Positions 8,841 through 18,175 of a stretch of 64,000 nucleotides of DNA are shown here, one piece after another. The notes under the pieces were generated by a model that was given only the letters and a program-made list of their open reading frames with translations, ran no database searches and was not told where the DNA came from. The stretch's first letter is position 1, and the number at the start of each line of letters is the position of its first letter. The stretch is from an uncultured candidatus Porisulfidus sp. Its GTDB lineage: Bacteria > Pseudomonadota > Gammaproteobacteria > Poriferisulfidales > Poriferisulfidaceae. Made by a program: the position numbers and the translations under genes. The stretch is from assembly GCA_965204575.1 (NCBI GenBank), contig OZ241993.1:320001-384000 (forward strand), written 5' to 3'.

Positions 8841-10322
8841 TCAGAACAACCTCTGAAAACCCAAGCGAAGGGTGAAATTGTCCCGGTCGTAAAGGTCGAT
8901 ATTGGATTTCGTCTCGGTAAGGCCGAACGTGAGTTCCGGGAGATAACCGTTCCATGAATAGGCCCGATTGGAGACGGTGACGTTAAGGTTCCGATGCTGA
9001 TCCTTGCGCCGCCTCTGGAAAAGCGGATCGGCCCCCTGGTACCGGGATTCCGACAGCGTGGCCACCGCTGACACGTGCCAGTTCAGGCCAAAGACGGTCT
9101 CATAAGCGAGCATTCCCTGGTTTGATTTCCAACGCTGCGTGGACAGATCGGGGTGTTCCATGGAAAACGTCCAGCCCGCCGTCACCCGTGCATTCCGAAA
9201 TGAACGTTCCGTATACAAGTTGAGCGCCTGTCCCTTCGGCTCCAGCCGACTTGAACCCTCGCTGTATTGAGTGTCCCAATAGCGGACATAGCCGCCGAGC
9301 GCCCAATGCCCGGGCAGACTCTGCCGTGCAGAAAGCCGTATCCAGGCGCTGCCCGAATAAGGATCACCGCCCCGCCAACGTTTCTCGTAACCGATATCCG
9401 CGCCGGCATAGCCCGGAAGCTTGTGGCCCGCGAATTCCGTCAGGTAGAACCATTGAGGGCCCGTCGACAGATTCAGCCAAGTGCGGTTGTGCGCCTTGGC
9501 GTTTCGGGCCGTGTTGCGCGCAAGCCCGATCCGGGAGTTCAGGCGCAGGCTTCCATCTTCCCGCAAGGGCATGCGATGGAGAAGGTTGACTCCTGTTCGG
9601 ACCACCCATGCTTCGATCGGCTTCTCGTTCACGGTGAACGGCAACCCGCCGAACAGGGGGATTTCCACCTGATCCACTTCGGTTGCGTTGTTGACGTTAT
9701 CGTCCTTCCAGACACTGAAGTCGTAGTCGATCAGCAAGCTCTTACGGCGATGGATGCGCTCCAGAAATTTCTCCACATTGCGCTGTACCGGCTCCGGCAG
9801 GTCCTTCTTCTCGCGGATCTCCCGGAATATCGCATCGGCTTCCTCGTCTCGCCCCGTTGAGTACAGCATGGCGGCATAATCCAACTGGAGCCGGTCGACC
9901 TGCGGGTATTCCTTGGCAAGCCGCCCCAATATCCGTGTCGCCATCTCGCGGTTGCCAAGCCCCATATATGCCTGCGCCGCCAGGAAAAGGATGTCGGCGG
10001 TCGTCCGCCCGCCCAGCATTTGGGTCGCCTGTTCCAGCAGTTTCAGGGTCTGAGCCGGATTGCCCTGCTGGAGTTGCCGACCCGCCGCCATGATCAGTTG
10101 TCGGTACTTCTCCTCCGAAGCGTGCTGTCCGTCGGGCTGCGCGGGCTCGGGCTCGGCTTCAGCCGATTTCACGGGAACCGATGGTGTGGCTTCATCGGCC
10201 CACCCGGCACCGGGACACAAGCCTAAGAGGATCGCCAAGCCGATACAGGCGGGTCGGGGTAATCCGCCGGGCGACAGAACCAAGCTTTCAGTAATAGGCG
10301 AAGATGTCGGAAAAACAGACAT
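8841..10322 (-). CDS. TPR plus beta-barrel outer membrane protein (Slam/DUF560-like)
   Basis: Signal peptide, TPR helices (RLQLDYA), DDNVNNAT motif, amphipathic strands, KSNIDLYD, C-terminal Phe. Confidence 0.75.
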   Translation of the reverse strand: MSVFPTSSPITESLVLSPGGLPRPACIGLAILLGLCPGAGWADEATPSVPVKSAEAEPEPAQPDGQHASEEKYRQLIMAAGRQLQQGNPAQTLKLLEQATQMLGGRTTADILFLAAQAYMGLGNREMATRILGRLAKEYPQVDRLQLDYAAMLYSTGRDEEADAIFREIREKKDLPEPVQRNVEKFLERIHRRKSLLIDYDFSVWKDDNVNNATEVDQVEIPLFGGLPFTVNEKPIEAWVVRTGVNLLHRMPLREDGSLRLNSRIGLARNTARNAKAHNRTWLNLSTGPQWFYLTEFAGHKLPGYAGADIGYEKRWRGGDPYSGSAWIRLSARQSLPGHWALGGYVRYWDTQYSEGSSRLEPKGQALNLYTERSFRNARVTAGWTFSMEHPDLSTQRWKSNQGMLAYETVFGLNWHVSAVATLSESRYQGADPLFQRRRKDQHRNLNVTVSNRAYSWNGYLPELTFGLTETKSNIDLYDRDNFTLRLGFQRLF

Positions 10323-10370
10323 TTTATTTCCTTGATGTCTGCGCAATTGTAATCGCAATGCAGGTGGAAA

Positions 10371-11060
10371 CTACCTGTCGCTACCCAATTCCCGCTTCTC
10401 ATAGATGTTCGTAATGTGCCGCCCATCCCAGACGTAGCAGAGATGCCGTTCCTGCCGAGCGTTCGAGAGAACGGACGGACGGAAAACAGCGGCGCATTCA
10501 CCTCCGGCCTGGCGGAGGCTATCGTAAACGATCCCATTGGATCCAGACTCGTGTAACGTCCTGCTTAAGTGTTGGCCTGCTGCATGATCGTCAGGGTGAT
10601 AGATGAGTGGCTGCGTGGTTCCTTGTCCGCGCAGGTCATGGAGTTTGCCCTCAAGGTCAACCAGGTAGACCCGCATGTCCAGTTCCATGTGTGGCTGTGA
10701 GGTAGCGCGCAGGAACCGCTCGCGGTAATGCCGGGTTTCGGCAATGGCCGTATCGAGGTGATTCGCGGAATAGAAGACCCCGTAGGAACCATCGGAGAAC
10801 CGGCTGCCGCTCGGATTCAGGTGGGCGAACGCCGCCATAATGATGCTGGTGCCCGGTCCACTGATGCGGTCTTCGGCGGGAAAAACCTGTATGGCGCCCG
10901 CCTCGTCACGAAGCCTGGGGTTGGTCAGCGCGTCCAATTCGAAGATTGCCTCCAGGTCTTGCGGCTCCGCCACCCTCTCGAAGAGCTGGACCGGCGGGAA
11001 TCGGCTGGGAATGATTCGCCAGGACGGCTTCCACGCGATACGGGCAACCGGCAGCGTCAC
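10371..11060 (-). CDS. RES-domain toxin (MbcT/ParT-like)
   Basis: RIIPSRFPP, SRFSDGSYGVFY, TAIAETRH, GIVYDSLR (R-E-S residues). Confidence 0.9.
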   Translation of the reverse strand: MTLPVARIAWKPSWRIIPSRFPPVQLFERVAEPQDLEAIFELDALTNPRLRDEAGAIQVFPAEDRISGPGTSIIMAAFAHLNPSGSRFSDGSYGVFYSANHLDTAIAETRHYRERFLRATSQPHMELDMRVYLVDLEGKLHDLRGQGTTQPLIYHPDDHAAGQHLSRTLHESGSNGIVYDSLRQAGGECAAVFRPSVLSNARQERHLCYVWDGRHITNIYEKRELGSDR

Positions 11061-11461
11061 GCCCAGCCGCCACGCTCTGCGTCGAGGTACTGCCGGACGA
11101 GGAACAAGTCTGCCACTTGGCCGGACAGCATCCGGTCAAGCGCTGACTGGCCGCCGAACAGGGGGGCGGCGTTTGGCTTCTTCACCCATTCATCGGCGGC
11201 TTTTTCGTCGGGCAGAAGAATCTGAAGCGCCTTGTAGATTCCTATGATGTAGGAGATGCGCTCCAGGGCGTCCTTGGGCAGAACGACGTTGGCATCCTTC
11301 TTCCATTTGAAGAAAGTCGAGCGGGCGCTGAGCCCGAGAAGGGTGATCTGTTCTTCGGCCGACAGGCCCCAAAGCTCCATGATGCGGAAAAACGCACGTA
11401 GGGCGGGGCCAGACATGGCCTTGCGGTCGGGAACTGTCGCCGGGAGTGTTTGCGTAGCCAT
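11057..11461 (-). CDS. Xre/MbcA/ParS-type antitoxin
   Basis: HTH, ERISYIIGIYKAL, W.KKPN.APLFGGQSALDRML, VRQYLDAERG; overlaps the RES start. Confidence 0.9.
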   Translation of the reverse strand: MATQTLPATVPDRKAMSGPALRAFFRIMELWGLSAEEQITLLGLSARSTFFKWKKDANVVLPKDALERISYIIGIYKALQILLPDEKAADEWVKKPNAAPLFGGQSALDRMLSGQVADLFLVRQYLDAERGGWA

Positions 11462-11493
11462 AATAAGTACATATATAAATATATGTATTATTA
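11461..11493. promoter_or_regulatory. Palindromic operator upstream of the Xre-RES operon
   Basis: TACATATAT-AA-ATATATGTA (11468-87) flanked by TAATAA/TTATTA, directly upstream of the antitoxin ATG. Confidence 0.65.
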
Positions 11494-11633
11494 TAGTCTA
11501 TTTTTGGACTTTAAGGGGGTATATATGGGAGTATAAGCGCCAACCCCACCCTCTGCAGTAAACTCCCCCAATCTCTCCCTATCAGGGTTGCACTTCAGAG
11601 TTTGACCGGGGAATCAATCTTCCACCAGTTCCG

Positions 11634-13013
11634 TCAACTTAAAACCTGCAGCATCTCTTCGCGACGGGTGAACTTCTCCCGCGGCTTGCCCTTGGGTTCG
11701 CCCCGGCTGACTTCTTCCGCATCAATCCGCTGCCATTCCGGAAAGTCGATGCTGCGCACACCGCGTTCCTGCAGCAACTTGGCCAACGCGTCCATTCCCG
11801 CGCGGTCCGCGGGGAGGTTATTCAGATCCCCCTTCAGAGATTCGACCGTCTGCACCGCGCAGGCGCGGTTGGTTCCGATGATTCCGGAAGGCCCGCGTTT
11901 GATCCAGCCCGCCGTATAGATGCCTGGCACGACCGCCCCATCCGGGCCATCGGTAATCCGGCCATCCTGATTCGGGAAAACACCCCAGGAATCATGGAAC
12001 GGCACACCCTCGATCGGCACTCCCCGGTAACCAATGGAGCGAAACAGCAGCCCGCACTCCAAGGTTTCGGTCTCGCCCGTACCCGAGGCCCGTTGCGAAA
12101 ACGGTTCGCCGGACAGTTCGTTGCGTTCCAGTACCACCCGTTCGATCCGGCCGTCCCCTTCGATTCGGATTGGGCTCCGGCAGAACATCATGCGGCAGGT
12201 CCGGGCCTTGCTCTGCTCTGCATCCTCCGCCATTCTCTCGAAGATTGCCATGTTCTTGGCAGCCACCACGCCTGCCTTCTTGTCGTCGACCTCGGCCTGG
12301 CTGGCTTCATTGAGCACCAACTCTTCTGAAGCGATCGCCGCTTGGCAATTTTCCAGTTCCAGAAACTCGCGCAGTTCCTTGGTGGTGAACTTCGCCTGCG
12401 TCGGCCCCCGGCGCCCAACGACTGCAATTGTTTTGATCCGGCTTTCGGCCAGCGCATCCAAAGCGTGCTGGCTGATGTCGGTATGCTTGAGCTCATCGAC
12501 AGATTTGGACAGGATGCGGGCGACATCCGCCGCCACGTTCCCTTGCCCGATGATCACGGCGGTTTCATGCGAGAAGTCGAATTCCCGGTCCCGGTAGTCC
12601 GGGTGACCGTTGTACCAGCCGACGAACTCCGTCGCGGTATGACTGCCCGCCAGATCCTCGCCCTCGATCCCGAGACGGCGGTCCGTTTCAGCACCGCAGG
12701 TATAAATCACGGCGTGGTAAGCGTCCCGCAACTCCTGCGGCGTGACGTCCCTTCCGACCGTCACGTTGCCGAAAAAGCGAAAACCCTCAAGTGCGGCGAC
12801 TTTCTTGTAGACTTCGATCGACTGCTTGAGCTTGGGATGGTCCGGCGCGACACCACTGCGCACCAGCCCGTAAGGGGAAGGCAGACGCTCGATCAGGTCG
12901 ACCCGGGCAGCGATCTCGGATTTCAGCAATGCCTCGGTGGCATAGAACCCACTCGGCCCGGCGCCGACCACCGCGACCTGCAAGGGCGCGGCTTCTGTCC
13001 CCAGTTGGCTCAC
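11634..13013 (-). CDS. Ferredoxin-NADP+ reductase, adrenodoxin reductase/FprA type
   Basis: GAGPSG FAD motif, PYGLVRSGVAPDHP, FVGWYNGHPD, GQGNVAADVAR, GWIKRGPSGIIGTN. Confidence 0.92.
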   Translation of the reverse strand: MSQLGTEAAPLQVAVVGAGPSGFYATEALLKSEIAARVDLIERLPSPYGLVRSGVAPDHPKLKQSIEVYKKVAALEGFRFFGNVTVGRDVTPQELRDAYHAVIYTCGAETDRRLGIEGEDLAGSHTATEFVGWYNGHPDYRDREFDFSHETAVIIGQGNVAADVARILSKSVDELKHTDISQHALDALAESRIKTIAVVGRRGPTQAKFTTKELREFLELENCQAAIASEELVLNEASQAEVDDKKAGVVAAKNMAIFERMAEDAEQSKARTCRMMFCRSPIRIEGDGRIERVVLERNELSGEPFSQRASGTGETETLECGLLFRSIGYRGVPIEGVPFHDSWGVFPNQDGRITDGPDGAVVPGIYTAGWIKRGPSGIIGTNRACAVQTVESLKGDLNNLPADRAGMDALAKLLQERGVRSIDFPEWQRIDAEEVSRGEPKGKPREKFTRREEMLQVLS

Positions 13014-13017
13014 GGAA

Positions 13018-13323
13018 TCAGAACCCTAGTGCGGCCTTGCGCTCGTCCGCTCCCGGCAGCGGGTCCATTTTCTCTTCGATCACCGGAAGTTCGGGGGCTT
13101 TCTCAGCATTGATTTCGAGCCACTCCTGCTTGTCCTCCGGCAGGTCGTCTTCTTCGTAAATCGCCTGAACCGGGCATTCCGGGATGCAGGCGCTGCAGTC
13201 AATGCAGACATCCGGATCGATGTACAGCATTTCATCGTCGTAGTGAAAGCAGGCGACTGGGCAGACCGTTACACAATCCGTATAACGGCAACCCTTACAG
13301 TTATCAGTTACGATCGTGGTCAT
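13018..13323 (-). CDS. fdxA: Dicluster ferredoxin, FdxA type
   Basis: CKGCRYTDCVTVCPVACF and CIDCSACIPECP with acidic C-terminal extension; AGGAG RBS. Confidence 0.9.
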   Translation of the reverse strand: MTTIVTDNCKGCRYTDCVTVCPVACFHYDDEMLYIDPDVCIDCSACIPECPVQAIYEEDDLPEDKQEWLEINAEKAPELPVIEEKMDPLPGADERKAALGF

Positions 13324-13375
13324 TCAAGGCTCCTAAGTAAGTGAAGCGGGCGCAGGATTAAATTATAGACGAGGG

Positions 13376-14188
13376 TCAACGCGAGTCGAACACCAGGATT
13401 TCGCCGCGGTTCTCTTCTATGCCGTCCCCGCAGTAGCGGCGATAACGCCCACTCATGTGGTCGTCGTCGATCTCGAAGCCGCTCTGCCCCAGGTGGCACA
13501 GGTAAAACCTGAGAAATGTCGGCCGCAGCCAGCAGGAATAAGTGAAGGTCGGCAGTAACTCGACCGGCCGGAACGAAACGATCGAGCCGCGCACCATGCC
13601 GGCGCCCGGACGGATGCCCATCCCGCCCATGACGACGATGGTCCCGGCGCGCATGTTGACGCCGACGAAATCGCCCGCCTGGCCGCCAACCGCGATCAGG
13701 CCGCGGCGCATGGCCGACCCCAATTCGTTCTTGACATCGCCGTGGATCAGGATCTCTCCACCCATGATGCCCATGCGCTGGCCCCGGTAGGCACTGCCCA
13801 CCATGTGCCCGGCATCGCCCATCACCTCGATCCGCCCCCCGCTCATCTCCGGCCCCACCCAGTCCGAAGCGTCTCCGGAAACACGGATGACCCCTCCGGA
13901 CATGCCGGCGCCGAGGTGCATCCCGGCGGAACCATTCACGCGAATCTCGCCCTCCTTCATCCCGGCCCCGATGTACTTGACCCGCGACAGGTCGCCTTCC
14001 AGGCGCAGTGAAACCTGGCCGTTCCCGGTCACCCGGAAGAAGTCCCCGACCCGCACCTTGCGGTTGCCGTGCATCATCCCGAGGTTTTCGATCCCCGACT
14101 GCGACAACCCCTTGATTTTCGCGGGGCTCAGGCATTCCGCCTCGATCGGCACCTCGGGCGTCGCGATCAGTTCCAGCTCGGTGTGCAT
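13376..14188 (-). CDS. fwdC: Formylmethanofuran dehydrogenase subunit C (FwdC/FhcC)
   Basis: GXGXG beta-helix repeats (IGAGMKEGEIRVNG, LGAGMSGG, MRRGLIAVGG), LLPTF. Confidence 0.93.
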   Translation of the reverse strand: MHTELELIATPEVPIEAECLSPAKIKGLSQSGIENLGMMHGNRKVRVGDFFRVTGNGQVSLRLEGDLSRVKYIGAGMKEGEIRVNGSAGMHLGAGMSGGVIRVSGDASDWVGPEMSGGRIEVMGDAGHMVGSAYRGQRMGIMGGEILIHGDVKNELGSAMRRGLIAVGGQAGDFVGVNMRAGTIVVMGGMGIRPGAGMVRGSIVSFRPVELLPTFTYSCWLRPTFLRFYLCHLGQSGFEIDDDHMSGRYRRYCGDGIEENRGEILVFDSR

Positions 14189-14190
14189 GG

Positions 14191-15084
14191 TCAGCCGCTC
14201 TCCAGCAGTTCGTAGAGGGAAAACTTGTACTGGCCGAGCGTTCCGCCGTAGTTCCCCGCACTGACGTAGTCCACGCCACGCTCCGCCGCAGCCTGGATGC
14301 CCCGCCGCATGGCTTCGCGCAGCACAGCCTCGTCGAGGCCGTTGACCACCACCTCGTAAACCGCCGCGATGCCTTCCGGCAGCGCCGAATTCTCCACTCG
14401 CCCCCGCAGGGTCGGGCAGTAGGCTTCGTTGGTCGAGGCGATCAGGTTCTTGTAGCGGGAACCCACCTTGCTGCCGGAACCGACCACGCCCTGCGGGAAC
14501 GGCAGGAACACGCCCGCCACGTCGCGCATCGCATCGGCCGCGCCGGAGGCGGCGCGCAGAGCGGTTCGCCCGCTTTTCCCCAGCATCAACAGGTTGCCAC
14601 CACCGATGGCGGGCTGGACCCCGAACACATCATCGACCAGGAACTCTCCCCCCATGATCGGGATTCTCCAGAACCTCCGGCCCCCCACCACCTTGGCGAT
14701 CTGGTGGCCGTCGCCGAAGAACCGCAGCCGCTGGCCGACCGGGACAGTGGTTTCGCCGTCCAACCCGTTGTAGCAGGCGGTCGTCGGGCAGGTCATCACG
14801 CACTGCCCGATCCGTTCGACCAGGCGGGCGCTCATGTCCTTCTCGCTCATCGCGAACAGCAGCACGCTGATTCCCGGGCGCAGGTCCGGCGTGTCGGTGT
14901 CGGGAATCTCGCATTCCACCGCCGCCTCGCATTTGCAGCGGATCACGGAAGTGGCGAAGCCGGTGAAGGACTGTGCCGCGGCACGCGCCCAGTTCTTGGT
15001 GTCGGCGGTGATGATGACGCGCGCGCCCCACATGCCGAAGGCCTCGGCGAAGGTGTCGACCACCTCGGTCTTGCCGACCCTCAT
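14191..15084 (-). CDS. ftr: Formylmethanofuran-H4MPT formyltransferase (Ftr/FhcD)
   Basis: VDTFAEAF, TGFATSVI, IGQCVMTCPTTA, FFGDG, SGSKVGSRY, ASTNEAYCPTL, AGNYGG.LG; ATG overlaps the fwdA TGA. Confidence 0.95.
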   Translation of the reverse strand: MRVGKTEVVDTFAEAFGMWGARVIITADTKNWARAAAQSFTGFATSVIRCKCEAAVECEIPDTDTPDLRPGISVLLFAMSEKDMSARLVERIGQCVMTCPTTACYNGLDGETTVPVGQRLRFFGDGHQIAKVVGGRRFWRIPIMGGEFLVDDVFGVQPAIGGGNLLMLGKSGRTALRAASGAADAMRDVAGVFLPFPQGVVGSGSKVGSRYKNLIASTNEAYCPTLRGRVENSALPEGIAAVYEVVVNGLDEAVLREAMRRGIQAAAERGVDYVSAGNYGGTLGQYKFSLYELLESG

Positions 15085-16757
15085 TTGCCCCTCTTCTTCC
15101 GCCCGTTCCCGGAATTGCGCAGCGGGATGACCTCGTGATCGTGGAGATAGGAGGCATCCACCCGGTAGTTGTTGAACTGGATCGAATAGTAGTCCTCGAA
15201 GAACGGCCGGATCTGCTCCTCGATCGTCGGATCGTGCTCGGGCTCCGTATGCAGGAACCGCCCGATGTGGTCTTCGACGAATTCGTGATCCTCGATGATC
15301 AGCTTGCCCGCCTTGATGACGTAGCGCGGCGCGTTGAACATCCTTTCGCGGTTTTCGTCGTCGGTAAAGATCGTGATGTCGGCATCCGCGCCCACCCCCA
15401 GGTGCCCCTTGTTCGCCAGGCCCAGCGCCCGGGCGGGGGCGGCTCGGGTGATGATGGCGATTTCCGACAGGGTGTATTCCCGGTCCAGTTGCGGCAGCAG
15501 GCAGTTGTTGATCGCCTTCTGGTTGACCTGCCCCATCATCTCGGCGCGAAAGCCCCGGTCCATCAGCAGGCGGATCAGCCGGGGATACGTTTGGAAGGAA
15601 GCGCCGTTCGGGCTGTCGGTCGAGAACATCACCCGCCAGGGGTCCTGCGAGAGCAGGAACAGCTCCAGGCCGATCGCCCACTGCATGGTATGCGTGTAAT
15701 TCGTGTTCTGGTAGGAAAACGGCATGACCCCGCAGCCGCTCTCGCACTCGGTGTCCGCATTGACCCACTTGGTGTCCTTGGAGCGCAGCATCCAAGTCAG
15801 CGGCGCATCCGCCGTCATGGCGGTCGCCTTGCCGAACATCACCATGCCGATGTCGGTGGTGATGTTTTCGTGGGTGTTGATGTAGTCGATGATGGCTTCC
15901 GAGCCGGTCTGGACGCGCTTTCCAAGTTCGCCGGCATAACTGTGGAACTGGACGTGCGCGATGTGCGCCCGGTGCCCCTCGGCCGCTTTCATCGTATCCA
16001 GCGTGGTCTGGACATTGCCGCTGTGCCCCAGGTTGTTGCAGTGGATGTGCGCCGGATGCGGCAGGTCCAGTTCGTCCACCGCCTCGATGAAGGCCGCGGT
16101 CGCCTGCAGCGGCGTGAACTCGAACGGATCGACTTCCTCGTTGACGTCCGTGACGTTCTCGTTGCGCTTGCCCTTCCAGAGTTCGTCGCTGCCCGCGTTG
16201 ACCAGCTTGACGCCGGCCGCCCGCGACGCCGTGACCCACCACGCGATGGCCTCCTTGAACTCCTTCCTGCGGCCCTGCTTCAGCAGGTCGTACAGGAACA
16301 TGTTGTTGCCGAGCAGGACGTAGAAGCCCTTGTCGATCACCGGCGTGTCGTGGAATTCCTCGATCACGTGGCGCGCCGCCATCGGCGGCACCGCCGCATC
16401 GAAGGCCGTGGTGTAGCCGAGCGCGGCGTAGCGGTAGCCCGTGGCGAACGTCGAGGGCGCGATCCCGCCGACCCCGGAACGGGTGATCGCGGTGCCCGGA
16501 TGGACGTCCAGGCGATGGTCCTCGGGCTGCAACTTGCGCGCGAGATTGACTTTCGGTCCGGCGATGTGGCTGTGGATATCGACCCCGCCCGGCATCACCA
16601 CCATGCCGCGGGCATTGATGGCCCGCGCTTTCTCGGAGATCTTGTCCACCACGCGCCCGTCGCGCACCAGGATATCGCGGACCTCGCCGTCGATGCCGTT
16701 GGCCGGGTCGTAGACCTTCCCGCCCTTGATGCGCAGTTCCACGCTGTTCTCAGCCAT
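15081..16757 (-). CDS. fwdA: Formylmethanofuran dehydrogenase subunit A (amidohydrolase)
   Basis: DIHSHIAG, TFATGYRYA, GVKLVN, HIHCNNLG, HVQFHSY, QWAIGLELFL, GADADI. Confidence 0.95.
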   Translation of the reverse strand: MAENSVELRIKGGKVYDPANGIDGEVRDILVRDGRVVDKISEKARAINARGMVVMPGGVDIHSHIAGPKVNLARKLQPEDHRLDVHPGTAITRSGVGGIAPSTFATGYRYAALGYTTAFDAAVPPMAARHVIEEFHDTPVIDKGFYVLLGNNMFLYDLLKQGRRKEFKEAIAWWVTASRAAGVKLVNAGSDELWKGKRNENVTDVNEEVDPFEFTPLQATAAFIEAVDELDLPHPAHIHCNNLGHSGNVQTTLDTMKAAEGHRAHIAHVQFHSYAGELGKRVQTGSEAIIDYINTHENITTDIGMVMFGKATAMTADAPLTWMLRSKDTKWVNADTECESGCGVMPFSYQNTNYTHTMQWAIGLELFLLSQDPWRVMFSTDSPNGASFQTYPRLIRLLMDRGFRAEMMGQVNQKAINNCLLPQLDREYTLSEIAIITRAAPARALGLANKGHLGVGADADITIFTDDENRERMFNAPRYVIKAGKLIIEDHEFVEDHIGRFLHTEPEHDPTIEEQIRPFFEDYYSIQFNNYRVDASYLHDHEVIPLRNSGNGRKKRGK

Positions 16758-16791
16758 GCCGGCCGTCTCCTGCCCTGGCCTGCGATGGGAG

Positions 16792-18150
16792 TCAGGCCGC
16801 CTTCTTGCGGCCGTTCGCCCGGAGTTTCTTCACCCGGTCGAGGATCCCGGTCAGGACCTCCTCGTCAGTCGGAAACGGGGAATCGAAGGCCGGGCGCAGG
16901 GTGATCGGCACGTCGTCCATGCGATAGACGGTGCCGCCCGTGTTGATCCCGTAGGTGGCCACCATGAAGGCAACCCGCGCCTGCCGGCTGGTGTAGGTCG
17001 GCTTGGCATCCAGCGAAATCACCGGAATTTTCTTCAAGTGCTCAATGGCGCGTTTCGGGAAATTCGAGGCCGGGTCGGTGGCGATCATCATGGCCGCGTC
17101 GGCGTCACCGCGCGCCAGCAGGTCCACGGTGGTGTATTCGCCGGGGTTGAAGCGCGGGTAGCCGCGGTGGAAATTGACGCCGAACGGGTAGCCGGTCTGC
17201 CAGGACACCACGTTGTCGGCGCCGGTGACGTTGCCGTGGCCGCGGACCGGCTTGGCGACGAAGTGCGTATACCTGTTGAGGTCGGTGGCCAGCGCCAGCA
17301 GCGCCCCCGAGTTGAAGTGGCGGCCGCGGGTCATGGTCAGGCCCATGCCGAAGAACAGGACCCCGAAGTTGCAATTCTTCATGCGTTCCACCAGTTCGTC
17401 CAGGACTTCCCGCGACACGCCCGTAATTTCCTCGATGTCGGGATCGATATCGCGGCCCCGCACCAGGGCGCGCAACGCCCACAGCAACTCGAAGTCGCGA
17501 CCGGGCTTGACCCGGATGAGCTGATCCGCCACCGGCGCACTCGGCGTCTTGCGGACGTCGATCAACACCACGTGACGGTCTTTCTTGCCGTTCGGGATGT
17601 AGCGCCCCTTCGGCGTCACGGTATAGCGGGTGAAATGCCGCGGATGGGACTCGGCCGGGTTGCCGCCCCAGTAAATGACCAGGTCGGCGCGGTTCTTGAC
17701 CTCTCCCAGGGTCGACGTGCTTTCGCCCACGCCCTGGAACGCGATGCCGGACGGGCCATGGCACACGGAAGTGGTGGTGTCGATGTTGCCGAGCACCAGG
17801 TCATTGATGGCCACCGCCACCCGCTGCGCCTCGCATGGAGAATCGCTCAGGCCGTAGGTGATCGGGAATTTCGCTTCGTGCAGGATGCGCGCGGCTTCGT
17901 CCATCGCTTCTTCCAATGGCACCTCGCGCCCGTCGATCATCGCCTGCGGGTGATCCTCGATGCCGTGCTGGAGGAACCAGGCCCGGCCGAGAACGCAGGC
18001 GTTCTTGGCTTTCGTAATCCGGTTCGCGTCAAGGTCGACGGTCAACTCCATGTCGTCGCAGACACACCCGCAGAATGTGCAGGTGGCATCCTCGACGATG
18101 CGGATATTGGGTTCGTCCTTGGGGGCTTCGGTGGTTTTGGTGTCGCTCAT
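16792..18150 (-). CDS. fwdB: Formylmethanofuran dehydrogenase subunit B (Mo/W-bisPGD)
   Basis: CTFCGCVCDD...NACVLG [4Fe-4S] ligands, VCHGPS metal-ligand Cys, TLGEVKNRADL, SHPRH, RGHGNV. Confidence 0.93.
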   Translation of the reverse strand: MSDTKTTEAPKDEPNIRIVEDATCTFCGCVCDDMELTVDLDANRITKAKNACVLGRAWFLQHGIEDHPQAMIDGREVPLEEAMDEAARILHEAKFPITYGLSDSPCEAQRVAVAINDLVLGNIDTTTSVCHGPSGIAFQGVGESTSTLGEVKNRADLVIYWGGNPAESHPRHFTRYTVTPKGRYIPNGKKDRHVVLIDVRKTPSAPVADQLIRVKPGRDFELLWALRALVRGRDIDPDIEEITGVSREVLDELVERMKNCNFGVLFFGMGLTMTRGRHFNSGALLALATDLNRYTHFVAKPVRGHGNVTGADNVVSWQTGYPFGVNFHRGYPRFNPGEYTTVDLLARGDADAAMMIATDPASNFPKRAIEHLKKIPVISLDAKPTYTSRQARVAFMVATYGINTGGTVYRMDDVPITLRPAFDSPFPTDEEVLTGILDRVKKLRANGRKKAA

Positions 18151-18175
18151 GGTCTCAACGGGCAAGGCAGGATTT

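Noticed and set aside
15085-16904. 683 aa version of ftr and the 589 aa antisense ORF
   Set aside because: The extension overlaps fwdA in another frame and is low complexity; Ftr homology starts at ATG 15084, which overlaps the fwdA stop
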